Positions 38,800-52,200 of a DNA stretch of 64,000 bases are shown in pieces (within the stretch, counting starts at the first letter, position 1; each line of letters opens with the position of its first letter). This stretch comes from Cenococcum geophilum (Eukaryota), in assembly GCA_050273025.1 (NCBI GenBank), contig CP158635.1, positions 9,238,001 to 9,302,000 of the forward strand. Direction: 5' to 3'. Below the pieces are notes generated by a model, which did no database searches, was not told the origin of the DNA, and saw only the letters and a list, made by a program, of their open reading frames with translations. Made by a program: the position numbers and the translations under genes.

Positions 38800-41760
38800 A
38801 ATAATACCACATTATTTAATATATAATTAGCAATAATACAGCGAAGCTATTTATGGTATTTTTATACCCTTAAGAGTTACGGCGGCTTTTACCAATACCT
38901 ACGGTGTTATAAAAGGCGGCTGCTTAGCTATTAATACGTCTATAAAAAAGCATATAAAAAGAGATATAATACTCGCATATTTATTACGGCCCAACTACTT
39001 ATAATTTGCAATTAATTCTACTATTCTTACTAGTTAGATAACGCGTAATTATAACCGGACGGTATAAATATAGATACTAATAAGTATGCTCTAGTAGCAG
39101 TAAAATATAAGTAAAATGCCTATCTGGTACCTCTGTGCGTTATATTATTATTATTACTTAGAGTAGAGATATTTAATGCAACTAAGAATATAAAGGTAGG
39201 TAAACTAATTTTATATAAGACCAATAATAATATATAGTAAGTTAGCTAGATAATTTTAGATATTACTATATTATAACACGATAATAGCCAAAATATACTA
39301 TACAATCCTTTTTATTCGGAGTTTAATTATGCCTTTTTAATATAGCTATACCGTATTCGCTATATAAAGGGAGACGTTAATATACTACTTAAAGACACCC
39401 GCTTTAGCCTACTTTATAGCTTACTCAGCTTCTAATTTATAAATTAATAGGAAGAACTAATTACTGCTATTCTATTTAGTATATAAGATGAATAATAGCT
39501 CCAATTAGAGTATAAGGTAGAATTAAACATGAAAGGCTTTAAGTAGAGGTAATATTATATTCTTTACTAAAATATTATAAATATAATTACCTTTCTAATT
39601 GGCTATTAACCCTTTAAAGATGCACTAGTATATATATTAAAGAGACTTTACAAATGCCGAAAACTACTAAGTCTACAATAAGCTATATAGCGGTAACTAG
39701 TAGTAAAAGATATAAGGCAAGCTTCTTAGTAGTGTTATAGTAGTTCCTATACTTATAGTAGTTGATAAGACCTAGCTAATAATATACTATAGTAATAAAT
39801 CGGCCTAGCCAGTATATCTTACTATTAGTAATCTTAACTGACAAGTTTAGCGCCAATAAATATCCATTATAAATATCCTTATTGGCTTTATACTAGTTAT
39901 TAAAGAAAAGGATAATAATATAATAAGTGAAGCATATTATAAGGCAATAAGAGCTATCCTTAAACGTAAGTCCTGCTTTAGTATTCTAACGCTATATTCT
40001 ATTAACTAAAATATAATATTAATTAAACATCTTATAGAAAGCGGCGTAGACCTTTAATATACGGATAATTTTATATAATAATGTTATCTAATTATATATA
40101 GAATAATAACAGACTATAAAGAATAAGTGCTGCTTATAGGTGTTAAAAGCTAATAGCACTACACTATATGCTAGGTCCCCCCTCTAAAGTATAAAAACTT
40201 AACTAAGAAATAATACCCGCTACGCACCTATAAGGAGACGAGAAGATAGATTAAACGCTAGTAACTAAAGAATATTCTTTTATCCTTAGATAACTGGGTA
40301 TAACTAGTAGAATATTTTATATAGTACTATCGCCTATATAATATCTATAAGAGTATAATAGTAGATGTTCTATATTAGCTTCTAAAGAGTATTATTATAT
40401 AACTTATTAAATGGGTACGGAAACTAGTAGGCGATATTGTCTAGCTAAAAAGAAAGAAAAGAAAGATAAAGATAACTACAATAAATATATCTATAGAGGC
40501 TTAGCTTAATTAGCGTTTTAGATTAGTTTTGGCTTTTATAGGGCTAAAAAAGTTTAATAATCTGTTATTTACTAAAGTTACTTAATAGATAGGTAATAAA
40601 TAAAAAGCTATAGTTTGTTAACTTATTACTATACTAGCTCCACTACTATTATCTAGGGAACTATATACGATATATTTTACAAAAGCTGTATACAACTTTA
40701 TTATTATAGCTTAGTATTATACCTATAATAAGGAGACACTACGATATATATACTACGCCCTATATTAAATTAATATACTTAAAGGTGTGTTTTAAAGTTT
40801 CCGTTTAAAAGTAAAGGATTCTAATATAAGCTATTTTAATATACTAAAATTCCATGCTCTTATATATTTTAAGGAAAATATCCACCTATACGGATACGTA
40901 GATAGGTACTATACTGGCGTAAATAGCGAAGCTAGACACCGTTATATTATTAAAGCGTTTTATAACTTAATAAATAAATAGGATTTACTATCTTAAATCT
41001 GCTCTTATAATTTAAGATAGGTAGTAATACTAGTAATAGAAGACGAAATAGCTTTTATAAATAGTAATTCTATATTATAGTATGCTTAGTATCTAAAGGT
41101 ATAAGTTATTTAACTAATATAACATTTAGTAGTTATAAAGCTTTAGTAGCCTTTAGAAGATATAGATAGAGTAATAGATTTTATTTAGAGGCGTCTTAAA
41201 TTAAAGGCATGGCTTTATATATCTTATATAGTAAACTACTATAAAATTCTAGAGTTTCTAGACGGCATTATAGTATAGGCGAAACCTATAAGGTAAACGT
41301 GCCTAGAACTCCAATATAGACTAGAAAGATAAGGACCCTTTATAGGTTAATCGCCTGCTTATTAAAATATACCCATCTATTTACTATTAGAAATAAGATA
41401 GAAAAAATACAACTGACCTTAAGGGCTAAATTAGTGAGGTAGTATATTGTATACTAAATTAGTAATGTTTTAATTAGTAGAGGCGTGATTATGTATAGGT
41501 TTAAGAGTATGTAAATAACGGCGGCCGTATTAGAAAGGGCTGTACGCCGTTAGGTAGAAGACTTATAGGCTAGCTTTAGCTAATTATTACTATTCTAGAT
41601 ATTAAAAGGTTAGATAAGTATAGTGTATATATATAGTATAGTAGAGCTATAGTAGAGCTGCTTTAGCTATTAAATTATGGACTGCTGTATCTAATATATA
41701 GTATAGTTAAGGTAAAAAGGTGGCCGCGCTTAAGCATAAATACTAGGTAAGTACTTAGAG
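38800..41760 (+). pseudogene. Plavaka-type DNA transposase, RIP-inactivated, intron-containing
   Basis: De-RIP translation gives YNPFYSEF(D)YAF ~39301, (R)VYN(E)L(H)SG(DWWW)..(Q)GKL(P).(GAT)VVPIL...DKT 39668-39772, SA(W)PVYLTI(G)NL 39800-39835, GVDL.(CA)D.F..(R)CY(P)I......DY(E)E(Q)VLL ~40042-40135 and VDVL(HQ)LLK(G) ~40361. These match my recollection of the Plavaka transposase family. Ends are approximate. Confidence 0.82.
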
Positions 41761-41999
41761 GTAGTCGCTTTTATTTAATACTATCTATTCTATAAAGCGC
41801 GTATATTGTTTTAGCCGCTACTTCTTATCTAGACTTATACTACGTTAATAATTATATTAATTAAGACTAATATAATACTTTATACTTAAACAACTTTCTT
41901 AAAGAAGGAACTTATATTGCGTTATTATATAGAAGCTAGGGTAAATAGCAAAAGCGGCTAAGCTAGTATAGAACTTATAATATATAATATAATAATAAA

Positions 42000-42321
42000 C
42001 CTATATAAAACTATATAGGACTATATAAGATTATACAAGATTATATAAAATTATTTTAATCCTAATATATATTATAAGCTAGTATACTATAGGCTAAGAA
42101 AATAGTAAATTTTTATTTGCGTAATTAGTATATAACTTTAAAATAATATATTATATTACCTTAATTGCATATTAAGGAATATGCAGTTAGCTTTTAAAGT
42201 TATTAAGTAGGTTAACTGCGTATTATTTAACTTTTAAATATATTAAGTTGGTTAATTATATATTAAGTTTGTTAAGTTATATATTAAGTTGGTCAATTGC
42301 ATATTAATTATACGAAACGCG
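42000..42321. repeat. Subterminal short tandem repeats at the presumed 3' end of the Plavaka element
   Basis: ~10-bp units (ATTATATAAG-like) at 42000-42055 and ~20-bp units (ATATTAAGTTGGTCAATTGC-like) at ~42165-42310, ending ACGAAACGCG. Confidence 0.55.
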
Positions 42322-43900
42322 CTAAACAAAGTCTACTTAAATCTTATCCCTGAATATTTTCCTAATAAACTAGGGCTTTTCTTTTTTAGATTATTAGTGC
42401 AGTTATTACCCTACTTATTTTTCTAATAGAATTTACCTCTAGAGAAGTTTTCTTTTAACCTCTTAAAGTATTCCCGTAAAGGTGCCGGATAGGTATTAAG
42501 TTAACCCTAAAAGTCTTTCCTATTGCTTAAAATCCCTAACTTTAACCCATTAAAAGTTTTCTTTAAGAACGGCTTCTTTAAATGTTAGGTTTACCCTATA
42601 TTACTACTAAAGTGCCTATACTTTTAGTAATCCCTTAACTTTTTACAAGAAGAGGTTTAGTTCCTTACCGTATTCTTAGTATTTAGAACCGCTTGTTTAA
42701 AATCTATATATATAGTAATCCGTAGTAGGGCTCCTACGCGCTTTATTTTGTTATAAATTACTAGCTTAATTCTAGCCTAAATAAACCTAATCTTCTCCTT
42801 CTTATAAACGCTACCTTCCCTATTTCCAAAGGGCTTTAAATCTATCTATTAAGTATAAGTTTCTATAAAGTTTATAAACTAGCGGAAGTCTTAATAGTCT
42901 AACTATATACCATTCTAGGATTGTTCTATAATTGTTATATTATATAATATATAGATTTTAGGTCTAATCCTTTAGGAAGGTCTATAGCTATAGCTATATA
43001 ATAATTTACTCTTTATTAAGTTAATTAAGTGCGATTTAGTTTAGCGATCGGTTTTTAATATTATCAATAATCCAGTATATACGTTCTTCGGTATTATCTT
43101 ATATTATTAGCATCTTAAAAAGTTGTCTACCTTATAAACCTAATTATCTAGCTATTAGGCGTTAGGTTTATCACAAAGTTCTATATTATTAAAGGCCTTA
43201 GCTAGTTAGTTTATATCCTTTTTCCATTTATTATATAAATGCCTCTCTAAGTTTTCTATACCGATTTAGGTAGGTACTAGGTAGCCCCTAAAAAGCCCTT
43301 AGCCTTAGCTAGGTTATAAAAGTATTTATTTAGCCTAAATTAAACTTTACTAAATATAGATTTGCCCTTAAATGGTTCTAATATATTTATTAGTAGCTTC
43401 CTCCTATATAGCTTCTAAGAGCCTTATAACGGCTTCCTAATATCTATCTTAAAAAAGATTGGTATAGGGCTTTTAACCTTTTAAACTTAGGCCTAAGGAA
43501 GCTCTTTTTATAGAGGTAATATTAGCACTAATAACTAGTGTGGGTTTCCTAATAAGCCTTAGGTCTTAAGTTAGTGTTTAAGTTAGGTTTTTTTAAAGGG
43601 GTAGCCCTACTTAGCCTATAAGTAGTTTATATACCGCTACTATGCTAATTATAGGCTAGTGGTCTTCTAAGAGGGTTCTAGTTAGGTCCCTAGTTAGACG
43701 TATTAATATATTTCTTTCGCATTTCTAGCTTAAGGGAAGATCTTAAAGTTATCTTTAGCGCTTAATATTTTAATTGGCCTAGGTGGAATTATTCGGCCGT
43801 CTTACCTAGAGGTTTATATTATTGTAATCTCTTACTATTAAAGGGGCCTTCTTGCCTTAGCGTAACGGCTTTCTATAAGGTGTCTATAGAGTTTCTATTT
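42322..43900 (-). pseudogene. Unidentified RIP-degenerate coding relic
   Basis: The minus strand gives protein-like stretches whose stops are mostly RIP-type (e.g. IENLERHLYNKWKKDI..LAKAF; ARRSPTTDY.IYRF.TSGSKY.EYGKEL). I do not recognise the family. Confidence 0.35.
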
Positions 43901-44896
43901 AGGTTATTATAAGATTTTTAAAGGAGGATAGTAGATATAAATAAAAGATATAAATTAATAATCTAGTCCTTAAGCTAGCTGTCCTTTTAAATAAAGTAAA
44001 AAGTATTTAAATATAAGGGGACTTTATAAATAAGGGGCTATAAAAACACGATTATAGAATATAATACATTAGTAAGAGAGACGAATTCTTAAAAAGGTAA
44101 GGCCTCTAGAATTATAGAGACTATATACTATAGGCATATACCTTTAGCACGTAACCAGTAACTATTTAAGGGGTATCTAAGGGTTGTTTTAAGGGCAACC
44201 TAAGGTAACCGTATGTTATAGGACACCCCTATAATACCTTATATATATCCACCTATTTCCACTAACTTAGCAATTAGAGATTAACTGCGAAATAGCAATC
44301 TAATAGCAATCTAACGGCAACCTATGGCATTCTGCTATATTCTACTAAGTTCTGCTAGGACTATAACCTAAACCCTATCCTACCCTATATACGTATTAAC
44401 TAAATAACTACCTAAATATATATGGTGGTGGGAATGTATCTATTTTTAGGGGTTATTAGCCGCCGCTTTTGGCGGCGTTCTCACCTCGCTTAGACCCTAT
44501 CACATCGCCGCTTTAAAGAAGCTCTATTTACTTAAGTACTTCCTATTCCTATTATACCCCGTCTATTATTCTAGAGGGGTTAGAAATAGAACATAAGCTT
44601 TAATAAAGCTTATCGGCGCTTGCATTAATTTAATATAGTACAGCCTATATAAAAAAGCTAGCGTCTACTTAAAGAAATAGCCTACTCGCCTTCTCCCCGC
44701 ACTTCCTCCCTTTACTATCCTTATTCTACTTCCTCTCCTACAATTTAATCCTTATCTATAATGCTTACCTTACCTATTTAGTAAACTCGCCGTCGCTAAA
44801 ATAGTAGTATACCTATTAAAGTAGCTACTCCGGCTCACAGGACAGAGAGGGGGGGGGGGCACTTTACGCCGCCGCCGTTTATTAAAACTTAAATTT

Positions 44897-47385
44897 ATAA
44901 CTCTAAAGTCCAGACTTGGATATAAACACTAATCTAGATATATATATTCGTTTAGAAGATAGTATAGATTTAGATTTTAGAGAACTAGATACGGAATTAG
45001 ATATAAAATTAGATACGGAATTAGATGCGGAGTTTAATATAGAGTTAAATACGGGATTAGATATAGAATTAGACTCTAAAGCTAAGAAAATACTAAAAGA
45101 TATTACTAAATTAGAAGAGGAGGGACCCATAAAACTGAACCATACTTCTTATACTAAGAAACTATAAAAAAGAAAAGGCGAAATCTAGGAGATATAAATT
45201 ATAAAAATTTCCGCTAACTCATTATTATACCCTCTAATTACTATAAACTAGGTACTGCCTAAAGATTAAAAAGAAAACTAAAAAAAACCGCAGACGATTA
45301 GCTGCGTAAATACGCCCCAATAGTGTTTAAAGTATATCTTTACTGGCAAAAGAGAAATTTTTAAATTAAGAAGGAGAGCTTAATATAAAGCTATTAGAAA
45401 TAAATTAGCATATACTATATAGACCTTACACGCCATTAGATAGACAGTAATATCCTTAATAATGTTTATAATATAAGTTCCTATCCTTCCTTTAAGGTAG
45501 GCTAACAGCTATAAAAGTAGATCCTAAGCCTTAAGCTTAACAAGTTATAAAAGGAAAAGTACGCTATATTTATTTAAGACCTTTATACTATCCTCCACGC
45601 TCTTTAGATTAACAAGACTAAGCCACTCTATAGCTTTATTTAAGTCTAGATTTCGCTTCTTCTCCCACTTAGTATAGCTATAGCTATAAGACCAAGCGCT
45701 TTAGTAGAAAGCGCTAGTACTAAAGGCAGTAATAAAGCCGTCTGGTTTAAGAATATTAACATTATAATTATTCGCAGTAAGAAACACTCTAATAAAAGTA
45801 CAGTTATAGTAAATATAAACCTAGAATATATTAAGAATAAAGAAAAGGATAGTAAACCGTAAGCTTTATACTATATCTAAATAATATATCCTACTAACTA
45901 TAAATCTATAGAAAGAAATTTACCTTCCGTCTAAAAGACCTTCCTATATTCTATATTATTTCGCATATCTTAGCTATTAGCGTTAGTTAAAACGCATTCT
46001 AAGATAACTTTACGAGTATTTAAGACATCTTTAACCTTAAGGTACTGGCGCACCGTAATATACTATATATTAGGTAAAAGGACAAAGTACTAGATTAGCT
46101 ATTCTTCTACGACGTTAGCCATATAACTAGGGGTGGCAATATTATAAAAAAAAGGCCTTTCTATACGCCTAAGGCTTATTACTAGGTTTAAGGAGGCACT
46201 AGAGCTATACTAGCTACGACGGGCTTTAGGTAAAAACATTAACGGTAGGTCCGCTTAATAATTACCTTTAGACCTAGTTATATATTAATTATATAGATAG
46301 ACACTCTTACTCTAGAAAAGCGGAACTAGACTATAGGCTATCTTAGTAGTATATATAAGAGATATTATATACTAACGTATATTGTAAGCGATTACTAAAG
46401 CATCTATTTTGGAAGTCCTTTATAGAATCTCCTTATTAAATCTATCGCGAGAATAGGGCTGTTATAAGATCAATAAGCGCCTACAAAGCTTAATAACAAC
46501 CAGCTAAAAGAAGTCCGTAATAACCTTAAGCTTAAAGCGCTTTATAATAAATAAGAAAAATATAAAAACCATATCTATAATAAAGGCCTCTACCCTATTA
46601 CCAAGGCTAAAGGCACTAAATTATACCGGTAATATAAAGAGACTAAGCGGAATATTAGTATAACGTATTAAAGGTTGCAGAGGGAACAATTAATAACCGC
46701 TATTTATAAATTCTATAACTTAATTAACATAATTAAGATAGCCAGGCAACTTAGTAAAAAGGGCCCAAATAAGGTATTAACACTACTAAGGGTGGAATTT
46801 AAACTTTAAGAGCGGGCTACTATTACTAAAATACTCTTTACACCTTTTAAAACTAAAAAAGCCTAGGTTAAGTTTATTAAAAACCTAGCTTAACTATATT
46901 ATTAATAAGAAACGGCTTAACGCAAACCTTTAAAATAGAAGAAAATAGACTTTATTACCTTTAAAAGCGAGAAAATATCTTACGTGTAAAAGCAAAAGGA
47001 TATCAGTTTTAAAAGTACCTTAAATTACCAAACTCCCAACTATATATCCCTAAAGGAAGAGTCACCAAATAATAAAGATTATGGGACTATTTAATAAGAG
47101 CTTAGTACTTCAGACGCCGCTAAAGCTAAAACTATTTAGTTATACCCTATAGAGCTTTCCTACCTAGTATACCTTATTTATATAGGCAATAATAGGTTCT
47201 TATATAAAAAACGGATACGCTATATACCGTAAAAAGACGTCCTAAAGAAGCACGTAGATACCTATTTTTAACGCCCCAAATATTAAAAAGAGTTTTAATA
47301 TTGTTACCCTAAATATTCTATTAAGCTAGATAGCATAATATATTTTAAAAGACATGCATATAATGCGTATAAAGTGTCTTACTAA
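44897..47385 (+). pseudogene. DUF3435 tyrosine recombinase (Starship 'captain'), RIP-inactivated, with several introns
   Basis: Acidic N-terminus is the ORF at 44916-45167. (R)V(Q)ISLLL.LS.A.A(T)RP(G)ALVES at ~45641-45712; ELY(Q)LRRA.G at 46202-46231; RN(Q)T(M)G(H)L(G)S(T)Y(E)RYY at 46321-46368; C-terminal C2H2-type region RKDVLKKH...HF...(H)FKRHA..A(H).V ending TAA at 47385. GT..AG introns at ~45859-45911 and ~46245-46300. Confidence 0.88.
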
Positions 47386-47631
47386 TATATATAGACTCCC
47401 CTCCGTTAGTATATATTATAAGGGGAACGCATTATTATTACTATCTCTATATTTAAGATAACGAGCGAAAGAAGATAGGAAGGGAAAAAGGGAGGAAGGT
47501 AATAGTAGGTAGCTCCTTCTCTCTTTAGTCATAGATTATATTATATTAAGAAGTTTTCCTTTAGAGAGAATTCTTAATTAGAAGGAGTGGTAAGGGAAGT
47601 AAAAGAGATAGGGGGTAACTTAGCCGCGAAA

Positions 47632-47766
47632 GTCTATAATAAGGTCCTCTTTATAGCAAAAGGCATTAGTATTACCACCTATTTACCATCTATTCGGCAC
47701 TTACTTATTACTTATAATAAGTAAACAGCTTATATATAACATTTATTACTTATCTAGTTCTTTATA
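47632..47766 (+). pseudogene. Ferric reductase (FRE/NOX-like) NAD(P)-binding C-terminal fragment
   Basis: Y(D)KVLF(M)AKGI(G)I(AAH)LPSIRHLL......TA(RVRR)L(S)L(VW)F after reverting G->A/C->T changes, matching the GxGI..hLP...RR.hhVW signature. Confidence 0.7.
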
Positions 47767-49016
47767 GGAATTTTAATTGCTAATAAGCCGGCAAACTTAA
47801 ATATATATTAGAAAGAAGAGCGGATTTATAACATAGCTAAAACCAGCCTTATAATATAATGTAAATATATACCGCCCAAATAAGCGGATTGCCTTTTTTA
47901 CTCTTATCTACTTCGTATTCCAATAGCCTTAAACGCCTTATAGTTCTCGTTCCAGGTTTTAAAATATCTTCCCCTTAAACTTTAAAAGTCCTATAGATCT
48001 TACTTTACGCCTTTAGCTTATGCTACCTTAGCCTTACAGCCCTATATATACTAGGTTAAGGGATAGTCGCTTATAAATTAGCTTCTAGTTTTTATACTTT
48101 AAAAATTCTATATATAGTTACCTGTCCTATATATCTATTATACTAAAGATATATTAGACGTATTAATTCGTTAATCGTAGTAATACTCTCGCACTATTAT
48201 AGGTATAATAAATATATAAGAGGATTTAAGTAGTAGAGAATAGTATAATAAGACACAATCTATATAAAAGAAAAAGGACATAAATATAAAAAAAATTTTA
48301 AGAGAAAATAAAAAAAAGCAATATTCTAGGAAACCTAGATGGCTTAACAGATATAAGAAGATTAACCTAGGGTTCGCTAGAAAGCCACATATATAGTTTA
48401 TAAAAATCCTATTTACCGCACATACAACCTTACTAAAAGGTAGCGCCGCACTTCCAAACTTACGCATACCCGTCTTACTATCAAAAACTATCGTTTTCCT
48501 AACTCCTAAGACCTAATTCTGCCTACCTAGCGAGCTAGAGGTAGACTTGTTCCCCTCATTACCCCCTTTTGTTCTGCGATAGAGGCCTTAGTAAAAGGGG
48601 TCCTAGCATATAAGCGAAGCACGGACAAGAACACTAAAACTACTACTACTACTACCACTAATACCAAAACTACAAAATATAGACTTTTCCTAGGTTTTTC
48701 TTCTATAGAAAGTAAAAGCCTAATAAAATAGGGGGTGTAGGTACTTTTCTATATCTCTTTTAGTCAGACTTTCCTTAATAAGAGGAGGATTGCCTTTAGG
48801 GCTTTTCTGCTAGCAAAAGCCTAACAAGTCCTCTTTTTAGTAGTTTTTTCTACTTCTAAAAGGAAAAGAAAATAACTACGCTAGTCTTTTTTAGCTAGTT
48901 TTTCTACTACCTTCTAGCCTAGTCTCCCTAGAAATCCTCTAGTAGGATTAGTAAGGAAAAAAGGTAAAAAAGGATTGTAAAAACTAGCAAGGCTTTTTGC
49001 CTAGTTTTTTACCTCT

Positions 49017-49227
49017 TATAACGGCGCTATCGCATATTACCTGCCAAATTCTGCCATATTCTACCGACCTGCGATTAACCCGCCTAAAGCTAGCGCCTTG
49101 GCGGCTCACCCTATATATTTGTTTATATCGGTCCTAGCGACCCCTTTTCCTTCTCTTTAGCTTAGTATCTTTGTAATACAGCATTCGTTCAAGCTTCGGT
49201 TTAAAGGCATTTATTTAAGCCGTGACA
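49017..49227 (+). repeat. 5' LTR of Gypsy B2
   Basis: Direct repeat of 54978-55188, ending GTGACA. Confidence 0.95.
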
Positions 49228-52200
49228 TTATACTAAGCTCTCCCTACCTTACCTAGGAAGGCCTTAATAATATCCCACCCTAAAGAAACTTCGTCTGCAA
49301 CGACGCATTGACGCGCTATACTTAGACACTAAAACAACTCTACATTGCCTGGGAAGGCCTAGATAATATCCCACCTTATAAGCTAAACAGGACTGGACCT
49401 ATACCCCCAGAATTGAAACTAAAGCATATAATACTAACGAACCTTAGGAAGCTAATGATGGCACCTAAAGCAAGCTTATTTAAGAGAGCTGCTTCTACCT
49501 AAGAGGAACCTAAGATCCAATTAGGATCAGAAATTGAAGATAATAATAATATCGTAGACATACGCGAGTAGATTCGCGCCCTTATAGCTAGCTAGGAAGC
49601 CGATTATCTTAAAGCGAGAAATATATAAGAGACCCTATAAGAGATCCTAGAAAGCCTTACAGCCCTATAAAATAGCCTAACTTCCCCTTCTTAAAGCCCT
49701 AGCTGACCTATTCACTCTACTAAATACGATACACTAGGGAGTATGGATATAATGACGAAGTAATTAAAGTCCGTTAAGCTCCCTAACCCCCTACCACTAT
49801 CTAATAGAATAGACCCTACCTTTAAGAATTAGAGGATTTAAGTATAAGGAAAGCTCCGCGTTAACCACAACTATTTCCTTTCTAAAGAAGCCAAAATGCT
49901 CTACCTCTTTAGTCGAACCACTAGGGACGCCTAACGGCACCTTTAAGCCAAGTTTAAGGACGACTCCCCTGTCCGATTTATATCTATTAATAAGATAATA
50001 CGGCACCTAGCGGCTATCTACGTTAACCCAAATAAAGTACGGGATGCCTATTATAACTATAATCACCTAATAATAAAACCAAACCAACCCTTTACCGAAT
50101 TCCAGACTTAATTCCTATACCTTACAGGAGAAGGCCAGGTTCCCCTTAAGAACTACCAATTAGACCTATACAATAAGCTAACAATCCAGCTATAAGAAAA
50201 GATCGCTATAACCTTAGATAACCTACCAACCTATAAAAGACTTATAGCTCGTTGCCTATTATTAGACTTAGAACTAAAGCGGATTAACGCCCACCCTAAT
50301 CAGCAGAAGCAACTCCGTAACAATTAGAACTCGCCAGCTACACCTATAAGAGCTAAAGCAGGAAGACAAGTTACGACTACTCTTATACCAAAGGCGGTTA
50401 TAACTACGTACTAGCAAGCCTCGCCCAACTAGCTACGTACCACGCCATAATACTCCAATTAACCCTACCTCGGCCACGTGCTTCAACTGTAATAAGTAAG
50501 GTCACTTTATTTCATCCTGCCCAGAGCTAAAGGATATAGGCGATATTAAGGAGATAGAGGAAGGAGAAATATCCAATAAGTCAGGAAAAGAAGAACCCTA
50601 GGGAAAGACTCCCCCCTAGGGTACCCTATCGATCTCAAAGAGATTAATCTTAGTCAGTTAATAGGTGGAAAGCATTTTACGGTTCTATATATAGTATCTT
50701 AAAATAAATATAGAGTTAATATAACCGCCCTTATTAACACTAAAGTAAATAGCTTCGCCTTTATAAATACTGCCTATATAAATAATGTTACCAAGTTTCT
50801 AAATACAGAAGCTATCCAACTAGAGAAGCCTATCTAGGTAAAGGGCTATAACGGCCAAGCCGGTTAGCCCGTTACCCATATCTTAAAGTTATATATCGCT
50901 CTTAACGGACAACGCTAATACGGCATCCCCTTTTATATCCTAGACCTAGGGTCCCACAATATAATCCTCAGACAAAAATAGATGTCCTATTTTAATATTT
51001 GGTTAAACATATAAAAAAGACGGTTTATCTAGCTAGAGGATAGACTAAGGTTACCCTCCTTTATTAGGGAGATCTAAACCGACCACAAGACACTAGCCGT
51101 AAGGGGTAACCCTACCTACTAGCAGGATGTCCGGGCCTATGACCTAGCCTTTACCTAAGAGGACGCCCGCCGCGAAGCTAGAAAGAACTCCATATTAACA
51201 AAGATACTCTCCTAAAGCGCTACATTTAAAGAGGACTCTACATATAGAAGCGGGACAGATAATAATATAGATAATATCCAAATCGCACAGATCTAACCGT
51301 TATAGAAAAGAACGTATCAATAGGATATAAGGGATAACCTCCAAAAGATACAATAGGAGCTAAAAGGAGTAACAATGACGCCAGTACCCCAGAAGTCCCT
51401 AAAGTCACATACGCCCCTATTGTCAGTCAACCCCCCTACCGTAGATATCGCCGCAATTAGCGCTATAGCGTTCCACTTCAATATATACCGGAAGAACAAT
51501 AAGGTCTTTATAACAAGCCTATATAAGATTAACCGAATTATTAATAATAGAGAGGAAAGGCCAGATAAGGAAACCAACGAGGAACTAGTTAAACGCCCCC
51601 TTCCTACCATTTATATAGGCTACAAGGATACATTCTTAAAGGCGGCCTTAAATAAGTTACCCCCCTACCGGACGTACAATTACAAGATTTAATTAGAGGC
51701 CAATAACTTACTAGGCTATAGCCCCCTCTACCATTAATTAATAGATAAGCTAAAAGCAATAAAGCAGTACTTAATTAACAACCTAAATAAAGTGTTTATT
51801 AAGCCAAGTCAAGCCCCTTTTACTTCCCCTATTCTATTTATAAAAAAGCCTAATAAAGGCCTTCATTTTTATATCGACTATTAAAAGCTAAACGCTATTA
51901 CTTAAAAGAACCGGTATCCTATTCCTTTAATTAATAAAACCCTTGCATATCTAAGCTAGGTAAAGATCTTTACCAAACTTAATATCCGCCAAGCTTTCCA
52001 CCAAATTAGGATAGACCCTATATCTAAAGATTTAATAACGTTCCATACCCGCTATAGTTCCTATAAATACAAAGTTCTTCCTTTTAGACTAATAAACGGA
52101 CCGGCTACGTACCAAAGGTATATAAATAACGTTCTTTTTAATTACCTTAACGAATTCTACACGGTATACCTAGACGACATTCTTATATACTTAGACAACG

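Noticed and set aside
44214..44367. Possible solo LTR (TGTTATAG...CTATAAC, end resembling the family C LTR)
   Set aside because: No terminal CA, no TSD and no second copy in the window; too uncertain to list as a feature.
44362..44387. Telomere-like (TAACCC)n remnant
   Set aside because: Only 3-4 degenerate CCCTA units and no true TTAGGG array.
44903..45130. 75-aa minus-strand ORF
   Set aside because: Antisense to the acidic repeat N-terminus of the captain.
48420..48429. ACATACAACC resembling the 5' end of fungal 5S rRNA (possible Starship or LINE target)
   Set aside because: The similarity stops after ~10 nt and the segment is part of the LINE D 5' end in both copies.
48416..48660. HDV-like or hammerhead ribozyme at the LINE D 5' end (hairpins and a GCGAA motif ~48545-48630)
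   Set aside because: I could not assemble the P1/P2/P3/P1.1 nested pseudoknot or a CUGANGA core in both D1 and D2. An Infernal/RNArobo search on a de-RIPed consensus would be needed.
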